Part shown: one piece after another, positions 26,126 through 38,559 of the stretch | Position numbering within the stretch: position 1 is the stretch's first letter | Layout of the letters: every line of letters begins with the position of its first letter | From: Camelus ferus | Taxonomy: Eukaryota | DNA: 64,000 nt | Reading direction: 5' to 3' | Assembly (NCBI RefSeq): GCF_009834535.1 | Contig: NC_045697.1 | Span: 69,566,001-69,630,000 of the forward strand | The notes under the pieces: model-generated | Seen by the model: the letters and a program-made list of their open reading frames with translations, nothing else | What the model was told of the DNA's origin: nothing | Databases searched by the model: none | Made by a program: the position numbers and the translations under genes

Positions 26126-29100
26126 AAAAAATTCTCTATGATAAAGATGGAGCAACTCACAGCTATCAGAAGAGCAAGGGAATTTCCAATAGTAGCAGAG
26201 AAGTAAAAGAAAAAATTACCATTGCCAAAACAACTATTTCACAGGTTCCTTGTTACGTCCAGGACTGCTGGTACTTCCACTATATTCTCAACTTTATATA
26301 AATTAAATACAATACTTTTTTTTTAAGTTTTTGCGTAGAATTTTCTATCCAAATAGGATTGAAGTTACATAATTCATTTAACATTTTATTCTCCAAGAAA
26401 CTTTCACGTGTAAACTATGTCTCTTTCTAAATTGGACTTCTCTAACTCAAATAATTAAACATAATATAAATTAAAAGTATAAAATGAAGTGAAATTTAAA
26501 ATGTAGACACCAGAACTGAATTTGTTTGGTTTACAAATGAACTTTGATAAACTGGGTTCTTTCTTAGAGCAAAAATAAGCATATTAATTTGCAAGGTCTG
26601 CTTGTCAATCAATAGTCTTTGGTTAGCAAAAAAACACTGAATTATATAATGACATATTTGTCAATATGTATTTAACACTTAATTACTTTTATAAACTCTT
26701 TGCAATACAAAACATGTTCTAAAGGATAAAAAAGGAAACACTGGATCAGTTGACTAAGTTGATTCCACTTATGAAACTAATGTACAGGCTAAAAAAGATA
26801 CAATGTAAAAACAAGTAAAATTATACATCTTCATTTTAACTAAAGAAACCAAAATCTCTTACTACTGAAAGAACTACAAGTCAAAAAAAAGCCCAATGAA
26901 GAATGGAGAATGAAGATAACAGCTACCAAAAAACACAACCCATTGGAGGACGCAAGATGGCCTGCCATCTTTACCAACTAACATGAAGACTAACTTTCAT
27001 CTAACCACAAAATTTTGACCTAGCCACGATTCAAATACCAAAAGAATAACAGGAGAGTATTCTTTATCCCAATGTTCAAAATTCTGCCACTTTAAGAGGT
27101 AAAACGCTTCCTTTAATTTGCCTATCAAGCTTCTCAACAAATTAAATACTGTAAGCCACATCTTTAACTGATACTATACAAACACTTGAGAATCACACAA
27201 CTATCGAACTGAAATGACTGATATTTTATGTAATTGCCATAAATAAAAGTTCCCTGAATGCCTACAAAGATGGAACAAGCAGGAAAAACTCATGACTCTT
27301 TCGGTGCTTACAATTATGCCCAGCAAAAAGGCAGCAAGAAAAAGCAAAAACACACAAGCTAGTTGAAACAGCAATGAACAAATATGCTTTCTGTAGGCTT
27401 TTACAGGGAATACCTCAATTGCAACAAATACTAATCAGCTGCTTTAATTTAAAAAATCCCACTATTTAAAACTCAAAAATTGACTAACCTGTAGACAAAG
27501 GTGCATTAAAAGTACCCCAAAATTTGCATTTTAACTAAAAATGAATAAATACTATTTTACATGCACCCTCAAACTACAATAGTTTCAACATGGCTTTCCA
27601 CTTGGACACTCTGTAAGCTTTTAGGTTCCCTACTCCCCAAATTTAAATGCAGTATTCCAATCTCCCAGGAATCAGCACTAGAAAGAATACTATAGTGTAT
27701 CTCTGACCACATCACTGGAAATTAAGCGCCTAGCTGCAGTGAACAAGGTATAGAATCACATTTTGTATAACTTTGTATCCTAAAGAACACTTGGTACAAG
27801 GTCCTAAACATACCAGGCGCTATAAATATTTACTGACTCAAAACAGTCCAACACTTTATAGTTTTGTTCCCCACTACTGAAACAAAAACTGCAGAGCTTT
27901 GCAAAACCCAAAGGACCCAAATGTTACTGAAACGTCACAGAATACATTGTTTTATGGTTCAGACGTTTGGCCTTGCCCCTATCACCAGTTGTAACGTTTT
28001 TTAAAGACGCTAGCTAGCAACAATGAGTAGGAAAGTTTATCCAGGCAGAAGCAGACTTCAAATCCCACTAAAAGTATTTTAAGTTAAAAGTTTACGTATT
28101 TATCTTTTATCTGTTTAACAATTACATTCTAAAATCAGTAAATTGTATCAGCAACTCAAGAGACAGTTTTGCAGTCAACCTAATCTCCAGGAATATAAAT
28201 ATAAATGGTACCAATTAAAGAACAAGTAACCAAGAAGGAAAGCTGCCTAAATTCCGGCAATAAGGTAAGGACTGTTTGCATCAAAGTAATGAAAAATACA
28301 AAAATACATTTTTGTATTCTATAGACCTTTTCATGACTCGTTTTTAAAAGTCTTTAAAAAGTCAAAGCAAACTGGTAAGCCATATCAAAACCACAAACTA
28401 CCATTAGATACGCAAAAGTATCTGGCAACCAGGTCTAGAACTGGTTCCAGGGTTATCACGGTTTTCTGGTTCTTAACATACTCCATTGTGCCTACAAAAC
28501 AGTATTACTCAGATGTGACATTCCTAAAATGGCAACACAGGCCTAGAAGTTTCGGTGAGCCAGTGCCGGCAAACCCAAACTGTGACAGAGATACTCTCTC
28601 CTTTGGGCGGTAACTATCAACTTTGGGCTCTGGGATCAGTTCAAATCAGTTTAAGATGGTGCCTAAATTGGGAGTGTAACAGTAGAGTCAGTAGAACAGA
28701 TAAAGAGGAAATCAAATGGAAAATTAAGTTTAAAGGTTAAGTTTCTATTTCCAATAAACTGTCTGAGAAATCTTCCAGATAATAAAGACTTGATAGAACA
28801 GATGGCTCTAGGCCTATTCGCATTCTCTGAGGCGTGCGCACTGCTCGGAAAGGATGAATGAATGGAAGACTGTCGCGTGTGAAATGCAGCAGGTCCGGCC
28901 GGCAACCAGACCCGCAGCAGCGATCAGTAGGCCTCGCTCCTCCCCCTTCCCTCCTCCATGACAGCCCAGTCTCAAGCATGGAGGGGCGAGGACAATGTGA
29001 TTCCCCTTCTAACCACCACCCACCCTTCATCCTACTCTCAGCTTTACCGCAAGACACGGAGTTCTCCTCCCCACACCAAACCTTTCTCTCTTCCAACCCC

Positions 29101-29762
29101 GGCAACTCTCGGACGCGCTGGAGTAACATGTGCTCGCCCTTCTCGGCTCCCCTCGGCGAGGTCGAAGCTTCTCCGCGCGTGCCGCGGCACCACTCCCGCC
29201 CAGCCCATCCTCTGGCAACGCGCGCCCACCGGCTCCCTGGCCCACCGGCCTACGGAAGCCCGGCGCGCGCCCCGCACCCGAGCCCCTGGGTTACAGCTCG
29301 GGAGGGAGAGAGGGAAGGGGACAAGAAAAGGCTGCCCCGGGGTTCCCTCCTCCATCTCATTCCAGGCCAGCTCGCCGCCCACCCTGCCTGCGGATCCCGA
29401 CGCCCGCTCGGAACCGGCCCCGAGCCCTGCTACCCCGAAAACACAATTCCCACACACCTAGCCCAGGCCCCGGATCACCCTTCACCCTTGTAGACCCCTC
29501 GCTGCTCCGCAAGAGGCGCCGCCCCTCCCCCACCCCTCTCCCCGGGCTCTCGGGCCCCCACCAGAACGTGTGCTCTACACGCCGTCGCGGCCAGCCTCCG
29601 GGGCGCCCCCAGTTGTCCGCCGAGAAGTCAGGCCCAAGAAGAGGGGGAGGGGGTGGCAAGGGGTAGCGTGCGCGCCGGGAACGCCGTCCCGCGGGGTCCC
29701 CCAGTCCGAAGGGAGACGGAGCGCGGGGACCGGTGGGGGTGGGGGCCAAAGGCAATACTCAC

Positions 29763-29780
29763 CGGTTCCACAGTCGCCAT
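29763..29780 (-). CDS. EIF4E: EIF4E coding exon 1 (MATVEP)
   Basis: Minus strand reads aagATG GCG ACT GTG GAA CCG|gtgagt: Kozak context, canonical donor, inside the CpG island; matches the known eIF4E N-terminus. Confidence 0.97.
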
Positions 29781-29812
29781 CTTAGATCGATCTGATCGCA
29801 CAACCGCTCCTG

Positions 29813-29824
29813 AAGGGGGGGTGA
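29813..29824 (-). promoter_or_regulatory. 4EBE-like polypyrimidine basal element (TCACCCCCCCTT)
   Basis: C7 run just upstream of the 5'UTR; resembles the hnRNP K-bound human 4E basal element (TTACCCCCCCTT, from memory). Confidence 0.7.
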
Positions 29825-29850
29825 GAGGAAAAAAATGAGATTCAAACCGG

Positions 29851-29910
29851 ATTGGCCGGCTACTGTTCACGTGACGGACGTGTCCGTTTGGCCCTGGCGG
29901 CGCCTGCGCA
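29851..29910. promoter_or_regulatory. CCAAT box (29851-29855), proximal E-box TCACGTGA (29867-29874), NRF1-like GCGCCTGCGCA (29900-29910)
   Basis: Motifs read directly in the proximal promoter; EIF4E is an established Myc/E-box target. Confidence 0.75.
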
Positions 29911-30020
29911 AGACTGCGGCTGCGTGTGTAACGAGAGGCTTCTGGGAAGTGGAGTCTCTCTGTCTCTCTCTCGCTCTTTTTTTTTTTAGTAGAGAAGTTT
30001 AAAAAAAAAAAAGGACTGGT

Positions 30021-30026
30021 CACGTG
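30021..30026. promoter_or_regulatory. Distal E-box CACGTG
   Basis: ggtCACGTGgtc; second canonical E-box upstream of EIF4E. Confidence 0.7.
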
Positions 30027-31582
30027 GTCGAGGGGTATGGTGCGCGGTTCTCGGAGCGGCGGACACTCGCGTGCTGGAGAGTGGTTTTTCAGTCCTCTGC
30101 TCTTCCGCCTGGATAGCTGCTGTCGCACTTACTACCAGGCATGCCTCCTGTGCCCTCTGTCACCCTGTCCTCCCATCTTCCGCGGAAGGTTGGGAACTGT
30201 AGGCTCAGCACGCACAATAAGGCTTCATTTGCTTAGTTGAGGTCCTAGAAGTTGCCTGTGTGTTTATTTAATTTTCTTTTGACTTCCCACCATTTTCTCT
30301 GTTTCAAAAAGAGGCGGTGATGGAGAATCGTTAAGCAGTCAACCCTCCCCCGTCCCCCGGCTCCGCTAACGCTGGTGGTCACTCATTGCCATCGCTGTGA
30401 AAAAGGGTGGCGGAACCGCCCACAGTACCCACTTGCCACAGGTGGGGGGAGGGGGAGTGCACGCGACAGCTTTTCCTGTTCCAAATCCTGAGATTAAGAC
30501 CTCAGAGCCTAAATCTTGCGTGGAAGTAAAAATTATTTAAACGTTCTGTCCTCTCGCTTCCACTGTCTGTTTTAACGTGAACGGAAATAGCCCAAGTCCA
30601 GGTGCCAGCCAGGGAAGCCACTCCGGCCCCCGCTGACTAAGCCCTGGACTGACCGTCAGGAGTCGTTAGGCCGGGTCAACTATGACTCTTGACGTTGACT
30701 CATTTTCCTTAAGCTAGTGACTTAATCTTTCAGTGCCTCAGCTTTTTCATTTATGAACCACGGATGGTAATACACTTACCTCACAAGGGTGTGCTGTGGT
30801 AATGACTGTAATCAGCTTTGAAAATGCATCGTACTCTATAAATGCTTCATAATAAGCAACCTCGTGCCTTTCTAAGGATCAGCTGCTTCCCCTGCTGTTT
30901 TTTTAAAAACAATATTTAAAATTTTTCTTTTGTGTACTTTGTTATATTATCATGTATACCAATGCAATTTTAAAGTTTCAAGACAATTTTGTTCTTTGTA
31001 ACTGTAGCTACTCTCTGTAGAGGCTTTAATATTTAAGAAAATATTGTTATATTCACAACAATCACTGGCAGCTAGAAATTTATCCCTGCAGTGGCATTCT
31101 ACATTTCCTTTCTCTTTAAGAGACTGTGGTGTCATTTCTCAAGCCAGTGTTTTTCTGCACAATCTGGTTACTAATACAAAAAACAGAGGTAACGAAATCT
31201 AGTAGAGAGCTGCTGTAAGGTTTTAATGATGAAGACATTGTATCACTATTTCCCATACTTCTTAAGGATGTCAACACCAGAAAAATCAGTATGAACAGGC
31301 CACCTGTGCTTGCCTGCTTATAGTGTTGCTGATGTCCAGAGCTGTGTCATACCTATTATTGAGTACATAATGGTTGCTTGAGTTGACTAACCCATAATTG
31401 AGGTTGTAATAAGAACTCAAAACCATTGCCTGTTCATATACTTTGATTCACCTGGATGTCAGAGATGATTAATGAAAGCTTTTGTCCAGTCAGCTTAGCT
31501 GTAGGAGGTTTAAATAGAATTCTAAAAAATGAAATGAAATAAATAAATAAATGGATTTCTATTTACAGAGACTACCTACTCT

Positions 31583-31741
31583 TTTTTTTTTTTTTATTGA
31601 AGTATGGTTTACTTGCAATGTGTTAGTTCCTGGTGTATAGCATAGTGATTTAGTTATATATATATTCTTTTTCATTATAGGTTATTACAAGAAATTGAAT
31701 ATAGTTTCCTGTGCTATAAAGTAGGACCTTGTTGTTTATCT
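31583..31741 (-). mobile_element. 5'-truncated L1 3' end
   Basis: Poly-T head; TSD cagagacta(c/t)ctactct at 31566-31582 and 31742-31758. Confidence 0.9.
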
Positions 31742-32666
31742 CAGAGACTATCTACTCTAAATTAAACTATCCAAAGTAATTATACTCTGTCACAGTGATA
31801 TTCTCTGTTGGTTAAAAGTAGTATCTGGTTATTTTCTTTGGGGAGACAGTATAGATGTATTATCTTCCTGATGCTGCTAGACAATAGAGCAAAGAGATTT
31901 AAATTTTAAAGAGATTTCAATCCCCGTGAAGAACTGAAAACCACTGATGTTCCTAAAAAATTTTTTAATGGTACCTTCCATTTTATGAACTTTTCTCTTG
32001 ATCAGAAAACACTTCATTTTTGTCAGTCACCCTAGGACTTCTACAATACATCTGTATGCTCCTATTCTCTATAGCTTAATTTCTTTCCATTTTGGATACA
32101 CTTTGTCGCATGTGTTTTATAGCACATTCATGTGTCTGTCTAATATTATCATTAGATTCTATCATGTCAAAGATTTAGTGATTAGATATATCTCTGTGGG
32201 TAGATGATTGTTTTATTTTGACCAATCTGAAATATACAGAGCAGAAATTTTATACTTTATTAATCTGTTAATCCACAAAAAATACATTTGTTACATCACT
32301 ACCTTATTTGTGCCTGTATTAAAGAAAGGATAATAAAAGGATATTTGAAATGGGATATGGTATTGAAATACTTATTTCAATATTTATACTCTACTTGATT
32401 GGCTTATCTAGTTAATACATAACTAGGGGCCCAGCATAGTATCATGGTAACAGTTATTTGTAAGCCTGGAATTGTTGGTTATCATTTAGCATCTGTAATT
32501 AGTCATGGTCTTTTCTTTACATAACATATTCCTGAAGCTCATATATTACTAGTCTTTATAGATTTAACTCATGCTAAAAAGACTTTAAGTAATTTAATAG
32601 AATACATCATAATAAAAACACATTTTTATCATGTATTTTGTCATTGGAATTTCATTTAGGTTTTCT

Positions 32667-32831
32667 TTCCTTTTTTTTTTTTCCTTTTTTTTTGTTTCGT
32701 TTGTTTGTTTGTCTTGGTAGGGTGAGGGTAATTATGTTTATTTATTTATTTTTAATGGAGCTATTGGATATTGAACCCAGGACCTTGTGCATGCTAGGCA
32801 GGTACTCTACCACTGAACTGTACCCTCCCCC
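32667..32831 (-). mobile_element. Camelid-type tRNA-derived SINE
   Basis: Family sequence; 15-bp TSD tcatttaggttttct. Confidence 0.93.
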
Positions 32832-33354
32832 TCATTTAGGTTTTCTAGATAGCCGAAGTCATTGTTTTGCTAGGCATTGTTCAACTATGGTTCAAACTGA
32901 TCAGTCTCTCAAAAAAATTACTGTGATCAGTCCCTCAAAATATTACTGCTACATTGTTTAAGACTTTTTTTTTTAAAAAAACAGGCCTTGGAATTTCAGA
33001 CATTTTATTTATATTTGATGCCTTTTTGAGTCTCTGATTAGTAGTAGGCAACCATTTTTCTTAAAATGAGTCAGTTTTGAGACTGATAATATGAAATTAT
33101 ATATTTTTATATAATGATCCCTAATATTTAATGTTGGATATTAACTTTAGATATAATCTAAACCAACCTCTAGTTAACATTAACATTTTTTAAACCTTTT
33201 TCACTCTCTTTTTAAACTTGGTTATACTACTTTATATATCTATATCTATATCTATGTATATTTTCATTGTTAGTCATTTTCTACAGTGATATTCCTTTAG
33301 GAAAGACCTAAAATTTTGGCTTCTCACAGGATAAATTATCTTTTAAATTACAAT

Positions 33355-33600
33355 TACATAGTTTAGTATTTGAGAACATGAACTCTGATGTCAAATTATT
33401 TTGGCTCATAATCCCAATTCTACCATTTACCGTGTGACCGTACACAGATTATTTAGCCTCTTTGTGCCTCATTTTTGTCATGAGTTAGATGGGCACAATA
33501 ATAGCATTTACCTTGTACGTTACTGTGAGAAATGAGTTAATTCATGTAACATGCTTGCAGTAGTTCTTAGAACATAGTAAGCACTCAATGTTAACTCTAG
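33355..33600 (+). mobile_element. MIR SINE
   Basis: gtgtgacc...atttagcctctttgtgcctcattt...catagtaagcactcaat. Confidence 0.8.
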
Positions 33601-36600
33601 TTACCATGATGTAATATTCTATTAACATAAATTTATTTGTATTTTTCAGTATAGTGTAATAGGTTTAAGAAATCTTCTATGCAGAGAACCAACTTCTGCC
33701 CATTATTTTTAGGATATTCTAAGCTTTCAGAGCCAAGCAACCTTCACTGATTTCTTATAACATACCAAGGATTTTTCATACTGATTAATTCCTTTGACCT
33801 TTGTAACAAATATGTGAATTAAACATTATCACCCCTATTCTTTAAAGAAACAGACTCAGTAAAGTTAGGGGACACAGGCAAGGCCACATAGCCAGTGGTG
33901 AGCCAGAATTCAATCCCAATTCTCTTTACTCCAAGATTCTTTCCTCCGTACCACAACTGTTTTCTCCGATAGGGTCTTCCAAATGCCTGTTTCTGATGCT
34001 TCTAACAATAAGTTCATTCATGAAACTGACAGTTCAAGAAGTACTAAGTTAATCATTGGAAATATGTAATTGTTGAAGGATATTTAGAGGACATGGGAAG
34101 CCCAGGCACATTCTTTCTGGACTGTAAAATCTGCTTGGCATCCTAAGTCCTATGAGTATAAATAGTTCACCACCCATATAAAGATGTGTGACTAAGAACC
34201 AAAAGAGTGCAGCTAACAAGCATCATAACAAGCACTCATTCACCAGATGATTGACACACTCACTTCGTTTCTTCCTTCCTTTCATTCAGATCTCTGTTCC
34301 TGTGTCTCCTGAGGGAAGGATTCCTGGACCACCCTATCTAAATTAGCATGCTCATTACTCTTTATCCCCTTACCCTACCTTATTTTTCCTCAGATCACTT
34401 CTTAACTCTAGCTCTAAACCCAGTATTATATTAAACATTATTTAATTGTTGGTTAAATCTCCACTAGTAAAATACTAGCTCCTTGATGACTTTGTAGGTA
34501 GATTGCTAACAAATATTTGGGAAAAACCCAAATCTAACTTTAAAAACTTCGCAAAAGTGTAGCTTAAGGACTAATAATGTAATCGGAAAACTACGTATGC
34601 CAGGCATCATGTTAAGCAGTTTATATGCAATGGTAATACCTCATTTTATCTTCCAAACAACATTCTGAGCTAGATGAGGTAACTGAGGTTAAATAACTTT
34701 CCTAAGAACACAGCTCTATCTTCAGGGCTCTTAACACTATATAATATTGACTAGATTGTAATTGGACTACTTTATAAAAAAGATAATTGTCTGAAATAAT
34801 AAGAAATGAATAATCTGTAAAGAGTGAAATGTGAAAAATTCATGTAAGTAGTATCCTGGGCCAACAATAAGTACTATAAATAAACTTAATTTACCTTTTA
34901 AAATTGAAATTAGGAAAAAATGAAAATATATGGGATGAGATCAATAGTCTTTAGAAAATAGCTCAAAGGATGTAAATACCCACAATTCAGAGATTTGGGT
35001 GGAACTTTAGGGAGGAATGACTGGCTTTTCATTGTTACATATATGTAACAATGCATTGAAAGAAATATAATGAGAAATAAAATATCTAAAGAAAGAAATG
35101 TGTTAATGGGACTTGGCCATTTATAAAAGGGGAATTTAGAATGACAATATTTGATGATCTAGCTCTAGCGTTGTTCTGGGAACAGAGTGCCCTGGCACAA
35201 AAATATGGATCTCTGGTCCACTGGCCCTCATTAGTAATGGTTTCTTGGGGACACCACCCATACAATTAATTTGCCTTGTTTTGATTCCAGGTTCACCAAG
35301 CAACCATATGATAAACATATCTTCCAGTATTGATTTATATGTATGTAGCACTGATATGGATACCTGAATATCTAGACCACAATAGTAATATTGTTCAGAG
35401 TAAATGGCACTAAGTTTTTTAGTTTGTTTTACCTCTATGAGCTTTACCAAAAGAAAGCTACGTCTTTGGTGGCTTACCCACCATGACTGGATTTTCTGCG
35501 TGTTCTCACAATGTGATGATTCTCTGAGGAAATGGCCAACCTAAAGGAATTATCTGGATGGCTAATCAGCTTTCCCCAGGACTTGCCTTGTGCCTTTCTA
35601 TTCCATATTTGGAGACATGGGAATTAGAAATTTCTCACTCACATGCTTCTAAATTCTAATTTTAACTTCAGAGTTGGAGAGATACCAATCCTCATTCAGG
35701 ACATTGCTTAAAAACATGGGCCGTACTAAAAATCTCAGATATGACCCTGTGTGTTTCATGCAGCTAATGGAGAACCATGATTATTGTTTTGTAAAAATAA
35801 ATAATAAAATAATTTTAATAATACTCCAAGAGAGCCGGTTATATATTTTTTAAAAAAACGAGAAATCACTATTAAAGATGGCTATTTGGAGAGAACTTTT
35901 GTCAATTTGGTGGATAAATTTAGTACAAATTGACCCACAACATGCAGAACTTGGAAATAGAAAGTTAGGAAACAAGGGCCATACTTGATCCTATCAGTAC
36001 TGAGATGATCAGGTTTTAAGAAGGGGGAAAGGGTTTGATCCAGATATGCATGTTAGCAGACTGGATGTATTTAGCTTATTAAAAAACTGGCTTCTGGGAA
36101 ATGAAAAAATACCAGGCTGGGCGGATTTATGAAACAAGTTGTTAGTTTAATTGCCAGATGATTTATGGAAATGGCACCTTAAAAAAAATAATCTGACCTT
36201 TCTTTAAAGTTTTTCCTTATATGCTTATATGCTTTTCCCTCTGGAAGGTAAGAGAATATATTCACATGGGAGTTAAATGGGAAAACTATTTCATTTTACA
36301 ACAAAATGAGATGGCAAGATAAGTAAACACAATCTTATCCCTTTACTAGAGTTTAATTTTTACATTCTGAAAGAGATTTTGGAAATATATAGGAAAATAT
36401 CAGTGGTCATTATTGAAATTGAAAAACCAAGGGGAAATTATTGTTTTGTTAGTTACAAAAAAATTAGCTAAATGTAATTTAGACTTGAAAGGCAGATCAA
36501 TCAACAGTACTTGAGTAAAAACATTTAAGTATTTAAGTATTTTAGCTTATTATTTTGGGAGTTTTTTTTGGTCTTAAAAAAGAAAGTTACATTGTATGTC

Positions 36601-38241
36601 AACTGTACCCAAAAAACTTTTTTTTCAAAAAGCTTTAAAAGGGAATGTTAAATATAGAAAATTCACGGTATTTTCTGAACCTGATTGGGGGGTGAGGTAA
36701 AGGTATTTAAAGTACTCGTAAATAAACTCGGAATTATGCTATTTTGGGAGATTAAATCAGATATCTGATAGAGGATAAGATTACTTAAAAGCCTGGTGCT
36801 TAGCTCTATTAAAAAAAAAATCACACCCACACTCAGAGGGAAGTTGGTTTATTATTTATTTATTTGCTTTTTAACTTGCAACTGGACTTTAGCATATGGT
36901 TTCACTTTGGTGATGGGAAAACAGCTTAAACTGGTTGAAAAACTTTTGTTTTTCAAACTGGTTAAGGAACATTGGAGCAGAATTGGAATTTTAAAAATTA
37001 TTTTATTATTCTTATTTTTACTATTCTTCCCCTTGGAGGTTATTTAAATGCATTTAATTTAATAATGGTTTTATTTTAAACACAGTATAACAAACATCAT
37101 TAAAGAAACTTTTTTTAAAGGAAAATCTCCCCTACTACCCTAATATATCCATATGCCAACATTTTATGCTTTTACAATTATACATACAATTTTGAACTCT
37201 GCATTTTTCACATGATACATTATTACAAATATTTTGGACACTGTTTATAGACTGGATAATACTTTTTAAACATTTTACTTTGAAAAATTATCAGACTTAC
37301 AGAATAGCTGCAGTAATTATTTCCACAAATTCTTCTAAACTAACCAATAGTTAACACATTGCCTTGTCTCTCTCAATCTTTCTCTCATAATTTCTGAGTC
37401 ATATGAGAGCAAGTTGCAGACATGATAACCTCTAAACACTTCAACTTGTTTCTCCTAAGTATAAAGAGCCATAATCCAATTAAATCAGGAAATGTAATTC
37501 TGATTCAATACCTTTATCTGAAATATAATCATCCAATCAACATTCAAATTTTGCCAATTTTTCCAATAATTACTTTTACAGAATTTTGTTTCCAATCTAG
37601 GATCATGCATTGTATTTGTTGTCATGTCTCCTCAATTTAAGAAACAGCTCCTCAGTTTTTCTTTGTTTTTTTGAGACACTGACACTCTGAGGAGTGAGGG
37701 ACATTGTTTTGAAGAATATCCCTTAATTTTATTTAGCTGATTGTTTCCTTATGATAGTTTAACACTAAATGCTGATAGAGTTACTGTGACCTTGTTATGT
37801 TGATACACTTTTGGACTTACGTATTTTTGGCAGAAATGCTACAGAAGTAATATTATGTCTGTCCTAGTGCATCATATCAACATTGGTAACATTAGTGGCT
37901 TCAGGATATTCCACCGAGTCAATATATTACAATTCTCTTAACTAATTTCCCATGGGAATACATATTCTTATGTACATAGTCAGGTTATTTCCAGTTTTTT
38001 CCTATTATGAATAATGCTCCAATACATACACTCATGAGAAATTTGTTTTCATATTTTACATGATTCCTTCAGGATAGGTTTTCAACAATGGAACTAAATA
38101 GTTTGTAGAATACAAACAAAATTTTCACTTTTTATTTCTGTTGGCATTCGCACTGCTCTCCAAAAGTGTTATGTCAACCTAACAGGTCACAACAAACTTA
38201 TAAGTATTTTGCCTTTAAAGGAATTAAAAGAATATACTGTT

Positions 38242-38340
38242 GGGGGGTGGGGGGAGAGGGTATAGCTCAGTGGTAGAATGCATGTACTGCCACTTAAAAA
38301 ATAAATAAAAAGCCTAATTTCTTCCCCCTACCCCCCAAAT
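38242..38340 (+). mobile_element. Internally deleted camelid-type SINE
   Basis: gagggtatagctcagtggtagaatgcatg head joined directly to the family tail. Confidence 0.75.
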
Positions 38341-38559
38341 ATATATATATATAGTTGATGATTTTTATCACTAGTTTTTATATTTATTTATTCATAGCCT
38401 TTACCTTTGTTCCTCTACTTTTATTTTGGAAATGTTTAAATCTACACAATGTTGAAACAGTACAATAAACACTGTAAACCTTTCATCTAGATTCTCTAGT
38501 TGTTAATATTTGAATAAGTGAGGATTTATAAGAATATTCATGATAATTGAAAAGTGTGT

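Larger units (their letters stand above)
28830..30480. promoter_or_regulatory. EIF4E: CpG island / EIF4E promoter
   Basis: Sharp GC- and CpG-rich block in an AT-rich, CpG-depleted background, spanning exon 1. Confidence 0.95.

Noticed and set aside
28555..30240. Many overlapping long ORFs (up to 211 aa) on both strands
   Set aside because: Expected from stop-poor GC-rich CpG-island DNA; Pro/Arg/Gly-rich with no domain. Only MATVEP is a real exon.
34914..36247. Assignment to LINGO, GLYAT, nuclear-receptor, photolyase or bornavirus proteins
   Set aside because: Only short chance resemblances (e.g. LEISH, KIPGWADL); no extended colinear match by eye.
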